The notes beneath the pieces are model-generated. The model did no database searches, was not told where the DNA came from, and saw only the letters and a program-made list of their open reading frames with translations. This document shows, in pieces, positions 10,102-20,237 of a DNA stretch of 64,000 bases (its first letter is position 1; every line of letters starts with the position of its first letter). This DNA comes from Spirochaetota bacterium (GTDB taxonomy: Bacteria; Spirochaetota; UBA6919; CBDBPB01): positions 53,931 to 117,930 of the forward strand of contig CBDBPB010000009.1 of NCBI GenBank assembly GCA_965208615.1, in the 5' to 3' direction. The position numbers were made by a program, and so were the translations under genes.

Positions 10102-11079
10102 TCATACCTTAAAATGATCAAAGCCTCTTGGGATTAAAAGTTGTTCAGCTCCATCTTTTATTAAAATGTTTTTATTATATGAAGTAATCCTACCTATACA
10201 GGATAACCTTGTTCCAAGCTCATTATAAAAAGAATTAGCATCAATTCTATCAGGTGACGTAAATAATAACTCATAATCTTCTCCACCATCTAAAACATAA
10301 TAACTAAGATCTTTTTCTGATATAAGATTTATAAGTTCTTTCGACTTTGGAATATCATCCCAGTATACCTTAGCTCCAACACCGCTTTCGCTGGTTATAT
10401 GGCATAAATCATTAGATAAACCATCACTAATATCAATAGCACTATTTATAACGTAATTATCCACTAGATAAGAAATCTCTATAAGCCTGGGAACAGGATT
10501 TAAATGCTTATAAACCAAGCTATTTTCTTCAGGTAGAAAATCAGAACATTTCTTTTTTAATAGAGATAATCCTCCACTAGAGTCTCCCAGTGTACCAGTA
10601 ACATAAATAAAATCATGTAGCTTAGCACCACTCCTATATATAACCCTATTACTGTTAGCAATACCAATGGCAGTAATAGATATAAACAGCTGATTATTAG
10701 AGCCTGTAGTATCGCCTCCAAGGAGTAATACATTATATTCATCCAATGCAGTCCTTATCCCATAAAAAAACTGACTAATATTATCATCGCATATCCTTTT
10801 TGGAATAGCAATGGATATAAATAAATATTTTGTTCTTCCTCCCATAGCGGCAATATCACTAAGATTAACCGCAACAACCTTTTTACCAAGGTATGACCAA
10901 TTAATATCTCCCAGTTTAAAGTGTATACCCTCTACAAGAGCATCAGTAGTAATAAGGTAGGATAGTTTATCAGAAAATGGAATAACAGCACAGTCATCCC
11001 CAATACCAGTTTCAATTAAGTTTTTATAAGTAAACTGTGTTTTAATCCTTTTGATTAGCTGAAACTCACTTAGGTCCAT
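10102..11079 (-). CDS. thiL: Thiamine-monophosphate kinase
   Basis: SEFQLI, GIGDDCA, VAVNLSDIAAMGG, GGDTT, DISDGL, GGEDYELLFT, GFDHF. Confidence 0.97.
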   Translation of the reverse strand: MDLSEFQLIKRIKTQFTYKNLIETGIGDDCAVIPFSDKLSYLITTDALVEGIHFKLGDINWSYLGKKVVAVNLSDIAAMGGRTKYLFISIAIPKRICDDNISQFFYGIRTALDEYNVLLLGGDTTGSNNQLFISITAIGIANSNRVIYRSGAKLHDFIYVTGTLGDSSGGLSLLKKKCSDFLPEENSLVYKHLNPVPRLIEISYLVDNYVINSAIDISDGLSNDLCHITSESGVGAKVYWDDIPKSKELINLISEKDLSYYVLDGGEDYELLFTSPDRIDANSFYNELGTRLSCIGRITSYNKNILIKDGAEQLLIPRGFDHFKV

Positions 11080-11195
11080 AAATAATAGTATTATAAAAAG
11101 TATTCTAAAATATTAACTCTTAAAATAAACTAATATTAATTTATATAAAAAGTTAAAATGACTTATCCTTTTGTTATTGTCCATAAGCTATATAC

Positions 11196-12206
11196 TTAAG
11201 AGTCTATAGCCCCCTGACAAGAAGAACCACTCCCGGCTGTACAACCATAACAATGATTATAAATTACAATTTCTCTATTTTTAAGCTTATTTATATCAAA
11301 GTTATATACAGTATTAGAATATACTTTATCAATAGGCAGATGGAGCATTTGATTAAAATCGCAATCATATAACTGCCCATCCCATCCAACAGATACCGTT
11401 GAACGACACATAACATTATCCACTGCAACAGGATTAAAAGCCTCTACCAATAACTGTAAATAATCTTTATAATTATCCGTTTTTAGTAAGTAATCAAGAT
11501 AACGTCCTATAGGCATATTATTTAAACAAAATAAACTATTAAAATTAATGCCATATTCATTAAAAAGCCTAAGCTTATACTCCTTTTCCAAAGTGATTTG
11601 TGATACAGGTAAATAAGCTCCAACCACATTATGTACTAAATTAAGCTTTAAACCACCATTACCCTTACCATAACCCCTTTCATTAAGATGTCTAAGAATA
11701 TCTATGCTATTCTTAAATGCATCTTTACCCCTCATCCTATCAGTTCTTTCTGATCTAAAGTCAGGCAAAGAACAAACAAGCTCTACATTATTGTTAGCAA
11801 AAATATCAATAAACCTTGTATAAGGCTCCTCAGCTAATATAACAAGATTAGACCTTACAATAACCCTAGTATTAAGGTTAGCTAACTTATTAATAAACCC
11901 TTCTAAATAGGGATTCATCTCAGGAGCACCACCAGTAATATCTACAGTTGGTATATCTAAAGCTTTAACTATCTTAAAGCATTGCTCAAAGACATCTTCA
12001 GATAGTATTTCTTTACGATTTGGCCCTGCTTCTACATGACAATGCTTACAACTTAAATTACAAAGTCTACCAACATTAATTTGTAATGTATCTATTCCTT
12101 GTGCTACAAGAGGTAAAGATGAAATTTGGTCTAACTTATACTTGAAATTAGGTATACAATCAGCTTTTTCAAGGATATCTAGTTGCTCACTTGGAGTTAA
12201 TTTCAT
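11196..12206 (-). CDS. arsS: Radical SAM/Cys-rich protein, arsenosugar biosynthesis ArsS family
   Basis: LQINVGRLCNLSCKHCHVEAGP (CxxxCxxC), DITGGAPEMNP, YDCDFNQML, C-terminal HCYGCTAGSGSSCQGA. Confidence 0.9.
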   Translation of the reverse strand: MKLTPSEQLDILEKADCIPNFKYKLDQISSLPLVAQGIDTLQINVGRLCNLSCKHCHVEAGPNRKEILSEDVFEQCFKIVKALDIPTVDITGGAPEMNPYLEGFINKLANLNTRVIVRSNLVILAEEPYTRFIDIFANNNVELVCSLPDFRSERTDRMRGKDAFKNSIDILRHLNERGYGKGNGGLKLNLVHNVVGAYLPVSQITLEKEYKLRLFNEYGINFNSLFCLNNMPIGRYLDYLLKTDNYKDYLQLLVEAFNPVAVDNVMCRSTVSVGWDGQLYDCDFNQMLHLPIDKVYSNTVYNFDINKLKNREIVIYNHCYGCTAGSGSSCQGAIDS

Positions 12207-12207
12207 T

Positions 12208-12543
12208 TTACATTTCCTTAGCTTTAATAATTTTTCTCATTAAGGTCGAATGCGCCAAAGTAATGCCAGCCATCATAGAAGCACCAACATGAACAGCCTC
12301 CATCATTTCATCTTTAGAAATATTCAAAGATAAACATTTATTGGTATAGGCATCAATACAAAATGGACACTTCTCAGTTATAGCTACCACTAAAGCTATT
12401 AATGCTTTTTCTCTTTCGGATAACTTACCCTCAGCAGTTGAACTTCCATAATACTCAAAAAACTTATCTCCTAGTTCCTTAGAATACTCATTTATATTAG
12501 GAAAGTCTTTTAAATCTCCAAACTCAAAATATGGCTTAGACAT
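12208..12543 (-). CDS. Carboxymuconolactone decarboxylase/AhpD-like protein associated with ArsS
   Basis: LSEREKALIALVVA, CPFCIDAY (CxxC), EAVHV; ends 1 nt before the arsS start; GGAGG RBS. Confidence 0.88.
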   Translation of the reverse strand: MSKPYFEFGDLKDFPNINEYSKELGDKFFEYYGSSTAEGKLSEREKALIALVVAITEKCPFCIDAYTNKCLSLNISKDEMMEAVHVGASMMAGITLAHSTLMRKIIKAKEM

Positions 12544-12755
12544 AGCTCCTCCATAATGTTATAAACTAAATAAAAATGTTGAACTTTAAATATACTATTT
12601 TGTTAGAAAAAGTTATAACATTTTTTTTTATAAAAACCATCTAATAAATTCAAAGTTACATTAATATTTATTATAGTATAATATAATAATAGCTTAGAGT
12701 ATTTAATTAATAACAGATTTTGTCTTATAAGACTTTTTATTAAAATGTTTATTAT

Positions 12756-13193
12756 TTATCTAGATGGATCCTGAACTTTCCAAACATATAAATGCGGATA
12801 AACATATACCCAAAATCCCGGTGGAATATCTCTATGCCTATAATATTTATTCTGCTTAGGAAGATATCCATAACTTATAAAGCCATCCCTTATATAGCCT
12901 AGCTGATTAATGGTTTCACCTTTTAACTGAGGTATATAAAGTCTACATAATATATGGGAAAAGCGTTTTCTTGCAGTTATTCTACGGTTTAACTGTATTA
13001 ACTTATCTAAAAGTATACTTTGCTTTTTACTAAGCCTTGTATTTCTATTTAGCTTTTGTAGGTATTTTATTTTCTTAGTTACTCTATTATTATACCAATA
13101 TTTAGCTTTACTCCCGCAAAGACTACCTTTTGCCCATATAAAGTTTGCTGTTATAGTCAAAAATAGCATAGTTAAAATTAGCTTTTTCAACAT
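12756..13193 (-). CDS. Hypothetical secreted basic protein
   Basis: Signal peptide, strong AGGAGG RBS, no recognised family. Confidence 0.75.
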   Translation of the reverse strand: MLKKLILTMLFLTITANFIWAKGSLCGSKAKYWYNNRVTKKIKYLQKLNRNTRLSKKQSILLDKLIQLNRRITARKRFSHILCRLYIPQLKGETINQLGYIRDGFISYGYLPKQNKYYRHRDIPPGFWVYVYPHLYVWKVQDPSR

Positions 13194-13502
13194 ATTGTTT
13201 TCCTCCTAATAATATGACCATCAACTGTTAAACTAGTATAAATATACATAAAAAGTAATTTATAATCACCCATTTATTATCCACGAGTGTTTAATATAAT
13301 AAGAGATTAATAAGAAATATCATTGAAATACATAAGTTAATCATATAAACATTTATTGACAAATATAAACCTGTGTAAGATGTTAGTCATTTTAAAAAAA
13401 ATATCTTGTTTAAATACCCCTCTAACAAAGTCAAAAAAAATCAATCTAAAAAGAATAGGTGGTTTTTACTTCTCAAGTCAAACCTTTCTTCAGTTCATGT
13501 GA

Positions 13503-14627
13503 ATGGAGAGTAAAAAGTTGTTAAAAGTTTTTAAAGTTCAAATTATTATAATTTTCCTTTTGTTTAGCTGTAACAGTCTTTTTTCCAATAAAGAAATATC
13601 AGTATTATATAAAAATCCCCTATATGACTCGCTACAGCTTACTCATATTCAATATTCTACAGTAAATATATTTGCTTTAGCTAATGAATCATTATTTAGA
13701 ATTCTTGGAAGCAATAACTATATAGGAGTTAGGCTAGTAGAGATGTTAATATTTTACTATGCAACTGCTTTTAGCTCTGCCCTAAGTCATGAGTTCTCCC
13801 ACTATCGTGTTGCTGACTACTATGGGCTAAAGCCAAAAATATACCTTGAGGCATTTGGAGGATTAGTAACTTATTTTAATCCATATGATAAAAGAAAAAC
13901 TTTATTAATAATAGGTGGAGGACTAACTCAACAAGAGATTAATGCAGAATTCATCTATGAAAAAATAGTGACCTCTGGTAATATACATTATCACACTGGA
14001 ATTAATTTTATGATGAATCACCTCTGTACTCTTAGTTATTCTCTACTCACACAGTTGGGGTATGATAAAGGGGATATTAATAGATATAATGAGGTATCCA
14101 AAAAGCTTGGATATAACGTTAGCACAGAAAAAATATTTTTATTATCTGCACTAACTGTCTTTACATCAGTAGTTTTCTGGCAAAATATTATTTTAACCTA
14201 TGATTTAATAGCTAATAATAAGCGTAGAACAAAATTAATAACATTTTATAATTTTATTGCTCCTCCTATATTATACTACTATTTAACTGACTATGGAGAC
14301 TTTCTTCGTATTTCAATTCCTTTCATAAACCCTATTCCAATATTCTTTTCTGTTGGTTTTGGCTTAGTCGAAAATATATTCAGAATCGGTATTAGGGTAT
14401 ATGCCTTAAATACAGATAGGATAGTGTTAATCCCTTTTGGATATTTTAGCAATATACCCAATATGAAGTATGGTGGAGTGTTTGGAGTAGATGTTATTTT
14501 AAGGGTTTTTAGCAAAGAACTAAATTTATTGTTTAATATAAAATATAGTAATAATGATATAATCGAACGATTACGAATAAACTCGGGTCTACATATTAGT
14601 TTTGGCCTTAGTATTGTTTTGGACTAA
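13503..14627 (+). CDS. Hypothetical membrane protein with HExxH motif (possible zinc metalloprotease)
   Basis: Signal/lipobox-like FLLFSC, SHEFSH after a hydrophobic helix, beta-strand-rich C-terminus. Confidence 0.7.
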   Translation: MESKKLLKVFKVQIIIIFLLFSCNSLFSNKEISVLYKNPLYDSLQLTHIQYSTVNIFALANESLFRILGSNNYIGVRLVEMLIFYYATAFSSALSHEFSHYRVADYYGLKPKIYLEAFGGLVTYFNPYDKRKTLLIIGGGLTQQEINAEFIYEKIVTSGNIHYHTGINFMMNHLCTLSYSLLTQLGYDKGDINRYNEVSKKLGYNVSTEKIFLLSALTVFTSVVFWQNIILTYDLIANNKRRTKLITFYNFIAPPILYYYLTDYGDFLRISIPFINPIPIFFSVGFGLVENIFRIGIRVYALNTDRIVLIPFGYFSNIPNMKYGGVFGVDVILRVFSKELNLLFNIKYSNNDIIERLRINSGLHISFGLSIVLD

Positions 14628-14728
14628 CTAATAGTTATCCACTTGTTAGAAAGAATGCAACAAAATAGAAAAATAACTTAAAATAAGCTACTATGACAAT
14701 TCATAAGAAAATTGTTTTAAAAAAATAC

Positions 14729-14756
14729 TTGACAAAATAAAATCGTTAATTATATT
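14729..14756 (+). promoter_or_regulatory. Sigma70 promoter of tRNA-Asn
   Basis: TTGACA-N16-TATATT ending 11 nt upstream of the tRNA. Confidence 0.6.
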
Positions 14757-14767
14757 TCTTTTTACAT

Positions 14768-14840
14768 TCCTCTGTAGCTCAGTTGGTAGAGCAGCTGGCT
14801 GTTAACCAGTAGGTCACAAGTTCGAGTCTTGTCGGGGGAG
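14768..14840 (+). tRNA. tRNA-Asn (GTT), no encoded CCA
   Basis: TCCTCTG/CGGGGGA acceptor stem, D arm AGCTCAGTTGGTAGAGC, anticodon arm CTGG-CTGTTAA-CCAG, T loop GTTCGAG. Confidence 0.97.
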
Positions 14841-14841
14841 C

Positions 14842-14881
14842 ATAATAATCCTTATGGTCATGCCATAGGGATTATTATTTT
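14842..14881 (+). terminator. Intrinsic terminator after tRNA-Asn
   Basis: ATAATAATCCTTATGG-TCATG-CCATAGGGATTATTAT inverted repeat followed by T run. Confidence 0.8.
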
Positions 14882-14991
14882 ATCCTATCATTAATCCATG
14901 GCTTATTTAATTAATACAAATAGATAAAAAAATACTAAATACTTTAGATATCCTTTAAACTTGTTACTCAAATTAATATATTGGCTATATT

Positions 14992-16334
14992 ATGAATTAT
15001 TTTAACTTAATATGCATAATAGCTTTATTATCCAGTGTTATGAGCTTTTGCAATAATAATAATCGCCTTGATATTAAATATACTAACCCCTATTATGCTG
15101 TTAATCTAGTGGATCAAACTCCCGTATATGTAAAACCTGATGACTCTATCTACCCTATATATTATATAGAAAATAATAGAATTGTTAAAATGACTGCTTC
15201 TATTAGTATGAAAAATAGTAAGGAAATATGGTACTACATTAAAGAACCAGACTTTAAAGGCTATGCCAAAATGAATAACTTTAAGCTCTTTGATGATCAA
15301 AAAAAAGCTGGACTCTTTATGCTAGATAAACACCCTTCAAAAAAAGGAATACCAGAACTGTCCATCTACCTGCAGGGAAAAAGTGCATATGAAAAAGGTG
15401 ACTATGAAAACTCTATAAATAAACTTCTGCAACTAATTACCCTTAGAAAACCTTTAAAGCAAAGTTATCCAATTATTTACTACTCAACAAGTATATTAAT
15501 AGCAAAAATATACATTAAAATGAAAGAGTACCAAAGAGCAATAAGCCATCTAAAAGAGTTGTTATCCCAAACACCTAAAGAAATTACTTTGCCGGGTAGC
15601 TATTTTAATCCCAATAAAATATCCTTTAATATAAAAGAAATTAATAAGTACCGTTAAAAAAAGTAATTTTAAAAACCGTATAGTCCCCCCTAAAATGGGA
15701 GGTATACTATTACCTTGGTCTAGCTAATGAACTTCTAGGTAAAAAACATAGGGCCAAAACATTTTATCTTGATATTTTGCTGGATAAAAATATAAAAAAA
15801 ACTAAAATTACTTATATTAACTATTCAATAGATCGTATAGCCTTACTCGAAGATAAAATAACTAAAATTAATGCCCTGGAAAAACTGAAAATAAAACTTG
15901 ATTGGAATAACCATGCCAGATATATCCTGTTTAAGATTGCTAATACCCTTAACAACAATAGAAAAGCCAAATATAATATTAAATTAGCCTTAACTTACTA
16001 TAAAGAGTTTATTGGTCTATTTGAAACTAAATTTAGATCAGAAAGATATCCAGGAGAGACCAAACACTATTTAACGGCTAAAGAACAAGTTAAACTTTTA
16101 TCTAAAACTCTTAGTTTAAAGCAAATAGAAAAAAATACTAATATTTTAAAAACTAATAATAAACCTAAAAAACCAATAAACATAAATCCGTATAAAAAAC
16201 CTCTTAATAAACCTTATTTTGCTAAAAAAAATAAAACTAAAAAAACTAACTCTAAAAGAAAACAAACTACTAAACAAAAAGATGTAGAAATAGTCGTAGA
16301 GGTTATTGGTAAAGAATCTAACAAGAAAAAGTAA
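14992..16334 (+). pseudogene. Exported SH3-like/TPR protein split into two ORFs (14992-15657, 15777-16334); frameshifted or misassembled
   Basis: First ORF: signal, SH3b-like WYYIK..KGY, TPR. The second frame extends upstream to 15684 as a clear TPR (LKWEVYYYLGLANELLG) with no start codon or RBS. Junction contains A7 and C6 runs. Confidence 0.6.
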
Positions 16335-16414
16335 AAGGTTTATTCCATAACCTAAAAAATAGCTCTATAAACCACTATATTAACTAAGCAATTATAATAT
16401 ATTGGGTGTAAAAT

Positions 16415-17047
16415 ATGAAATATATTATATTAATAATAATTATATTAACCAGCTACTCCGCCTACTCTATTAAATATCCTAACTTGCCCAAACTACCAAA
16501 ACCACCAACTATAAATGAAAACATCAAAAAAAAGGTACGTAATAATAAAAAGAATAATGAAAAAATAGCTTATTTTTACTACACAATAAAAGTAGTTTTA
16601 GAAAAAGGAAGTATCACAGAAGGAAGTATAAAACTTAAAAAAAACTATATCGCAACTAATACAAAAAAAGGAGACTTTAATTATACTAAAAATATACCCA
16701 TTGAAGAAATTAACGAAATAGAAATACTAGAGTGGAAAGCATTCCCAATAAAACTAAAATTAAAAACTGATGGTATGGCTTATATATTTTATCCTAATAA
16801 AGTGAAGATCACAAAAATAAACGGTAAACAAGCTGTCTATTCAGCCAAAATTAATGAACTCCATAAGTTCAAATTAACTAATGCATTTGGTAAAACAACT
16901 ATACACTCCTTCTTTTATGACTATTGGATATCCAATAAAAAAACTCAATATTGGCATAATAGCAAATCAAAAGATTTTAACTATAATAAAAAGCATCCTC
17001 ATCCCCTTGTGGTTAGGAAGATAAGCTTTAAAAAAAGAAAAAGTTAA
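16415..17047 (+). CDS. Hypothetical exported protein
   Basis: Signal peptide, Pro-rich linker PNLPKLPKPP, aromatic-rich C-terminal domain. Confidence 0.75.
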   Translation: MKYIILIIIILTSYSAYSIKYPNLPKLPKPPTINENIKKKVRNNKKNNEKIAYFYYTIKVVLEKGSITEGSIKLKKNYIATNTKKGDFNYTKNIPIEEINEIEILEWKAFPIKLKLKTDGMAYIFYPNKVKITKINGKQAVYSAKINELHKFKLTNAFGKTTIHSFFYDYWISNKKTQYWHNSKSKDFNYNKKHPHPLVVRKISFKKRKS

Positions 17048-17580
17048 TTATGCCCAGTAATTTTGTTAATCTCATCCCTTAGTTTTGCGGCATCTTCGTA
17101 TCGCTCTTCAACTACCGCTAATTTAAGCTGATCTTGTAAAAGTTCAAGTTCAGTTTTTTCTGGTTGTTTTTTAATATCTTCATCACTCTTAACCTTAACA
17201 GCTCCAACCTCCATAACTTTCTCTTCAACAAAAATAGGAATCTCAAACCTTAAAGCTAAAGCAATTGCATCACTAGGACGTGAGTCCACCTGAAATTTAT
17301 GTTTTTTTCCCTCTAAAAAAACCTTTGCATAAAAAGTGTTATCAATTAGATCATTAACAACTACCTTTGATATCTTACACTCCAAAAGAGTTAATATATT
17401 TTTCAAAAGATCATGGGTTAAGGGACGAGGAGTTTTTAACTTGTTAAACTGAACAGCAATAGCCTGAGCCTCAGGGACTCCTATAAATATTGGTAATGCC
17501 ATATTATCATCTACATTCTTTAAGAAAACAACAAACCCCAAATTTGATAACGATATATCTGTTATTTTCACTGGAATCAT
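17044..17580 (-). CDS. Bifunctional nuclease family protein (DUF151) with C-terminal UVR domain
   Basis: LPIFIGVPEAQAIA, RPLTHDLL, DSRPSDAIALALR, EERYEDAAKLRDEI. Confidence 0.95.
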   Translation of the reverse strand: MIPVKITDISLSNLGFVVFLKNVDDNMALPIFIGVPEAQAIAVQFNKLKTPRPLTHDLLKNILTLLECKISKVVVNDLIDNTFYAKVFLEGKKHKFQVDSRPSDAIALALRFEIPIFVEEKVMEVGAVKVKSDEDIKKQPEKTELELLQDQLKLAVVEERYEDAAKLRDEINKITGHN

Positions 17581-17826
17581 TTAATAATCCTCATAAATAG
17601 AAATATGTAATATTAATTAATACTAGTTTTTTTTTATAAGGTAAATAAATTATTTATCTAAGTCAATTATATTTAAGATCAAAGATAGTAAACAACAATA
17701 AAGCCTAGTATAATCACCGTTCAGAACACTGTCTTATTTGTACTTTTATTTCTTTTTCTTTTAATCTATATACTTAATGGTTAAAATATGCCAACTAATA
17801 CCTGTTAATTTTCCGCTAATCACAAA

Positions 17827-18867
17827 TTAAATAAACTTCATTGACTTAAAAACCTCATCAACCGCCTTATCAATACCGTCATCCCAGTTCTTTTCGTTAT
17901 AGCAAACCTCTATGTCATACAAATAACCCTTATTTACAAAGTAATACTTTTTAATACCAAGAGGAGCTTTTTCTCTTATCCCAACCGATGAAAAAACTAT
18001 TACTCGTTTACCGTTAGCTAACCTATCACCTGAAATCTTAAACTTATATTTATAGCCTATGTTCATAAGATTTATTCTAAATAAATTGATCTCCTTTTTT
18101 ATGACTAAAGAAGTATTCTTAGCACTATCAAGCTTTTTAATAATGGAAATACTTAGTACCACAGGCTCAGAAATATGACTAATAAATACAAGCTGATTAT
18201 TAGACGTAGACCTATGACTCCAACTATCAGGAGGAGTAATACTAATACCAAACCTCTTATAACTTATCTTAGAAAACGACTTATTAAAGTTTAGGCTATT
18301 TATTATCCCTATTATCCTTTGCTCAAAAGCCTTACTATTATCTCCAGCTAAAATAGTAAGCTTATAAATCTTATCCCCAAAACGATATAATGCAAAATAT
18401 ACATTATATATCTCATCAAAACGCTTACCCTTTATACCCTTTATAACGTATGATCCCTTAGAAAACCAAATCTCACTAGCCAAACCCTTAATAGTACTAA
18501 TCCACAAAAACTTAACACCAGGCTTTTCTTTCAAATAGCTTTCAAAAACCTGCCTAAGAGGCTTTTTAGTATTGTCTTTGTATACCAAAACCTCTCCTCT
18601 AATTGTTATATCATTATTCACAAAAGAAATTAGTACTTTTCTATCCTTAACAAAAAGATAGTTCCACTCCTCAGGAATAGTAATAGAAATATGACCTATG
18701 AATAATTTATTACCTTTATATTTATCCTTAACTACTGCAATCTCTTTAAGAGAAGGAATAATAACCTCTTCAGCCTTACATCCAATACTTAAGGCACTTA
18801 TGCTAATAAGTAAAATAAGGCTAACTTTCTTTATCAAAAATGCTGTACTATTTTTTAAACTAAACAA
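17827..18867 (-). CDS. Hypothetical lipoprotein with two PsbP/Mog1-like repeats
   Basis: Lipobox LSIGC; duplicated ISITIPEEW / ISITPPDSW motif. Confidence 0.65.
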   Translation of the reverse strand: MFSLKNSTAFLIKKVSLILLISISALSIGCKAEEVIIPSLKEIAVVKDKYKGNKLFIGHISITIPEEWNYLFVKDRKVLISFVNNDITIRGEVLVYKDNTKKPLRQVFESYLKEKPGVKFLWISTIKGLASEIWFSKGSYVIKGIKGKRFDEIYNVYFALYRFGDKIYKLTILAGDNSKAFEQRIIGIINSLNFNKSFSKISYKRFGISITPPDSWSHRSTSNNQLVFISHISEPVVLSISIIKKLDSAKNTSLVIKKEINLFRINLMNIGYKYKFKISGDRLANGKRVIVFSSVGIREKAPLGIKKYYFVNKGYLYDIEVCYNEKNWDDGIDKAVDEVFKSMKFI

Positions 18868-19148
18868 ATAAACATCCTAATACTTAAATATAGCAGTCTA
18901 TTAATAACTGTCTTAACAGTATAAATATAATATATACAATAAAATTATTGACAAAATAGGTTTTTGTATTAGCTTAAAAAAAGTTAAAATATTAAAATAT
19001 TTTGTCAAAATTATATTATTAAGTAGTATTTATCTTTATAAAAACTATTTCTTTTAAAATATACTATTTATATTAAAGAAGTTATATAGTCATATTTTTA
19101 AATAACGTTAATCATTAATTAATAATAAATATTTTGAGGATAACTAAA

Positions 19149-20216
19149 ATGAATACAGAAAAAGAAAAAGCCCTAAATGCAACAGTAAATCAACTAGAAA
19201 AGCAATATGGCAAAGGGACTATAATGAGACTCGGGTCTAAAGAAAAAGTTTTACTTCCCTTCATACCAACTGGTGCTATCACACTAGATATTGCCCTTGG
19301 TATTGGCGGAGTTCCAAGGGGACGAATTGTTGAAATATATGGTCCTGAGTCTTCAGGAAAAACAACTTTAACTCTACAAATATGTGCTAATGCCCAAAAG
19401 CTTGGGGGAATAGTCGGCTTTATCGATGCTGAACACGCCCTCGACCCTGTATATGCTGAAAAACTCGGTGTAGACGTCAATAACCTTTATATTGCCCAAC
19501 CAGACTATGGAGAACAAGCTCTAGAAATATTAGAAGCCCTTGTAAGAAGTACAAGCGTAGACCTAATTGTGATTGATAGTGTTGCAGCATTAGTACCAAA
19601 AGCTGAAATCGACGGTAATATGGGTGACAGCCATATGGGACTACAAGCTAGACTAATGTCTCAAGCCCTTAGAAAACTAACCGGTATAATAAACCGTACA
19701 CAAACCTGCGTTATATTTATTAACCAAATAAGAATGAAAATCGGTATAAGCTTTGGATCACCAGAAACTACTACTGGTGGAAATGCTTTAAAATTTTACT
19801 CATCCGTTAGACTCGACATTAGAAGAATTGAAAGCCTTAAAAAAGGGGATGAGGTATTAGGTAACCATGTTAGAGTAAAAGTAGTAAAAAATAAAGTAGC
19901 TCCACCTTTTAAGACATCCGAGTTTGATATAATGTTTGCTAAAGGAATATCATCAGAAGGTTGCCTTTTGGATGCGGCTGTAGAAGCAGAAATAATCCAA
20001 AAAAGTGGAACATGGTATTCATACGGCGATGAAAGAATAGGACAGGGTAAAGATAACGTTAAAACCTTCCTAAGAGAAAATCCAAACAAATTAAAAGCAA
20101 TAGAAAAAGCTATTAGAAAATACTTTGACCTTAGAGAACCTATGCCCATTAACTCAAACAATAAAGAAATCGGATTAAATAAAAAATCACCAGGAAAAAC
20201 AAAAAAAAGAAGTTAA
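19149..20216 (+). CDS. recA: Recombinase A
   Basis: [54 protein letters not shown]; ATG at 19149 behind a GAGGA RBS; no intein. Confidence 0.99.
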   Translation: MNTEKEKALNATVNQLEKQYGKGTIMRLGSKEKVLLPFIPTGAITLDIALGIGGVPRGRIVEIYGPESSGKTTLTLQICANAQKLGGIVGFIDAEHALDPVYAEKLGVDVNNLYIAQPDYGEQALEILEALVRSTSVDLIVIDSVAALVPKAEIDGNMGDSHMGLQARLMSQALRKLTGIINRTQTCVIFINQIRMKIGISFGSPETTTGGNALKFYSSVRLDIRRIESLKKGDEVLGNHVRVKVVKNKVAPPFKTSEFDIMFAKGISSEGCLLDAAVEAEIIQKSGTWYSYGDERIGQGKDNVKTFLRENPNKLKAIEKAIRKYFDLREPMPINSNNKEIGLNKKSPGKTKKRS

Positions 20217-20237
20217 TCCGTATAGCAAGGAACAGTT

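Noticed and set aside
14768-16334. Integrative element at tRNA-Asn
   Set aside because: No integrase and no duplicated tRNA 3' end (att site) found; the tRNA has its own promoter and terminator.
18907-18920. ACTGT-CTTA-ACAGT palindrome upstream of recA as an SOS box
   Set aside because: Spacing (N4) does not match CTGT-N8-ACAG, it is about 230 nt from recA, and no second copy was seen.
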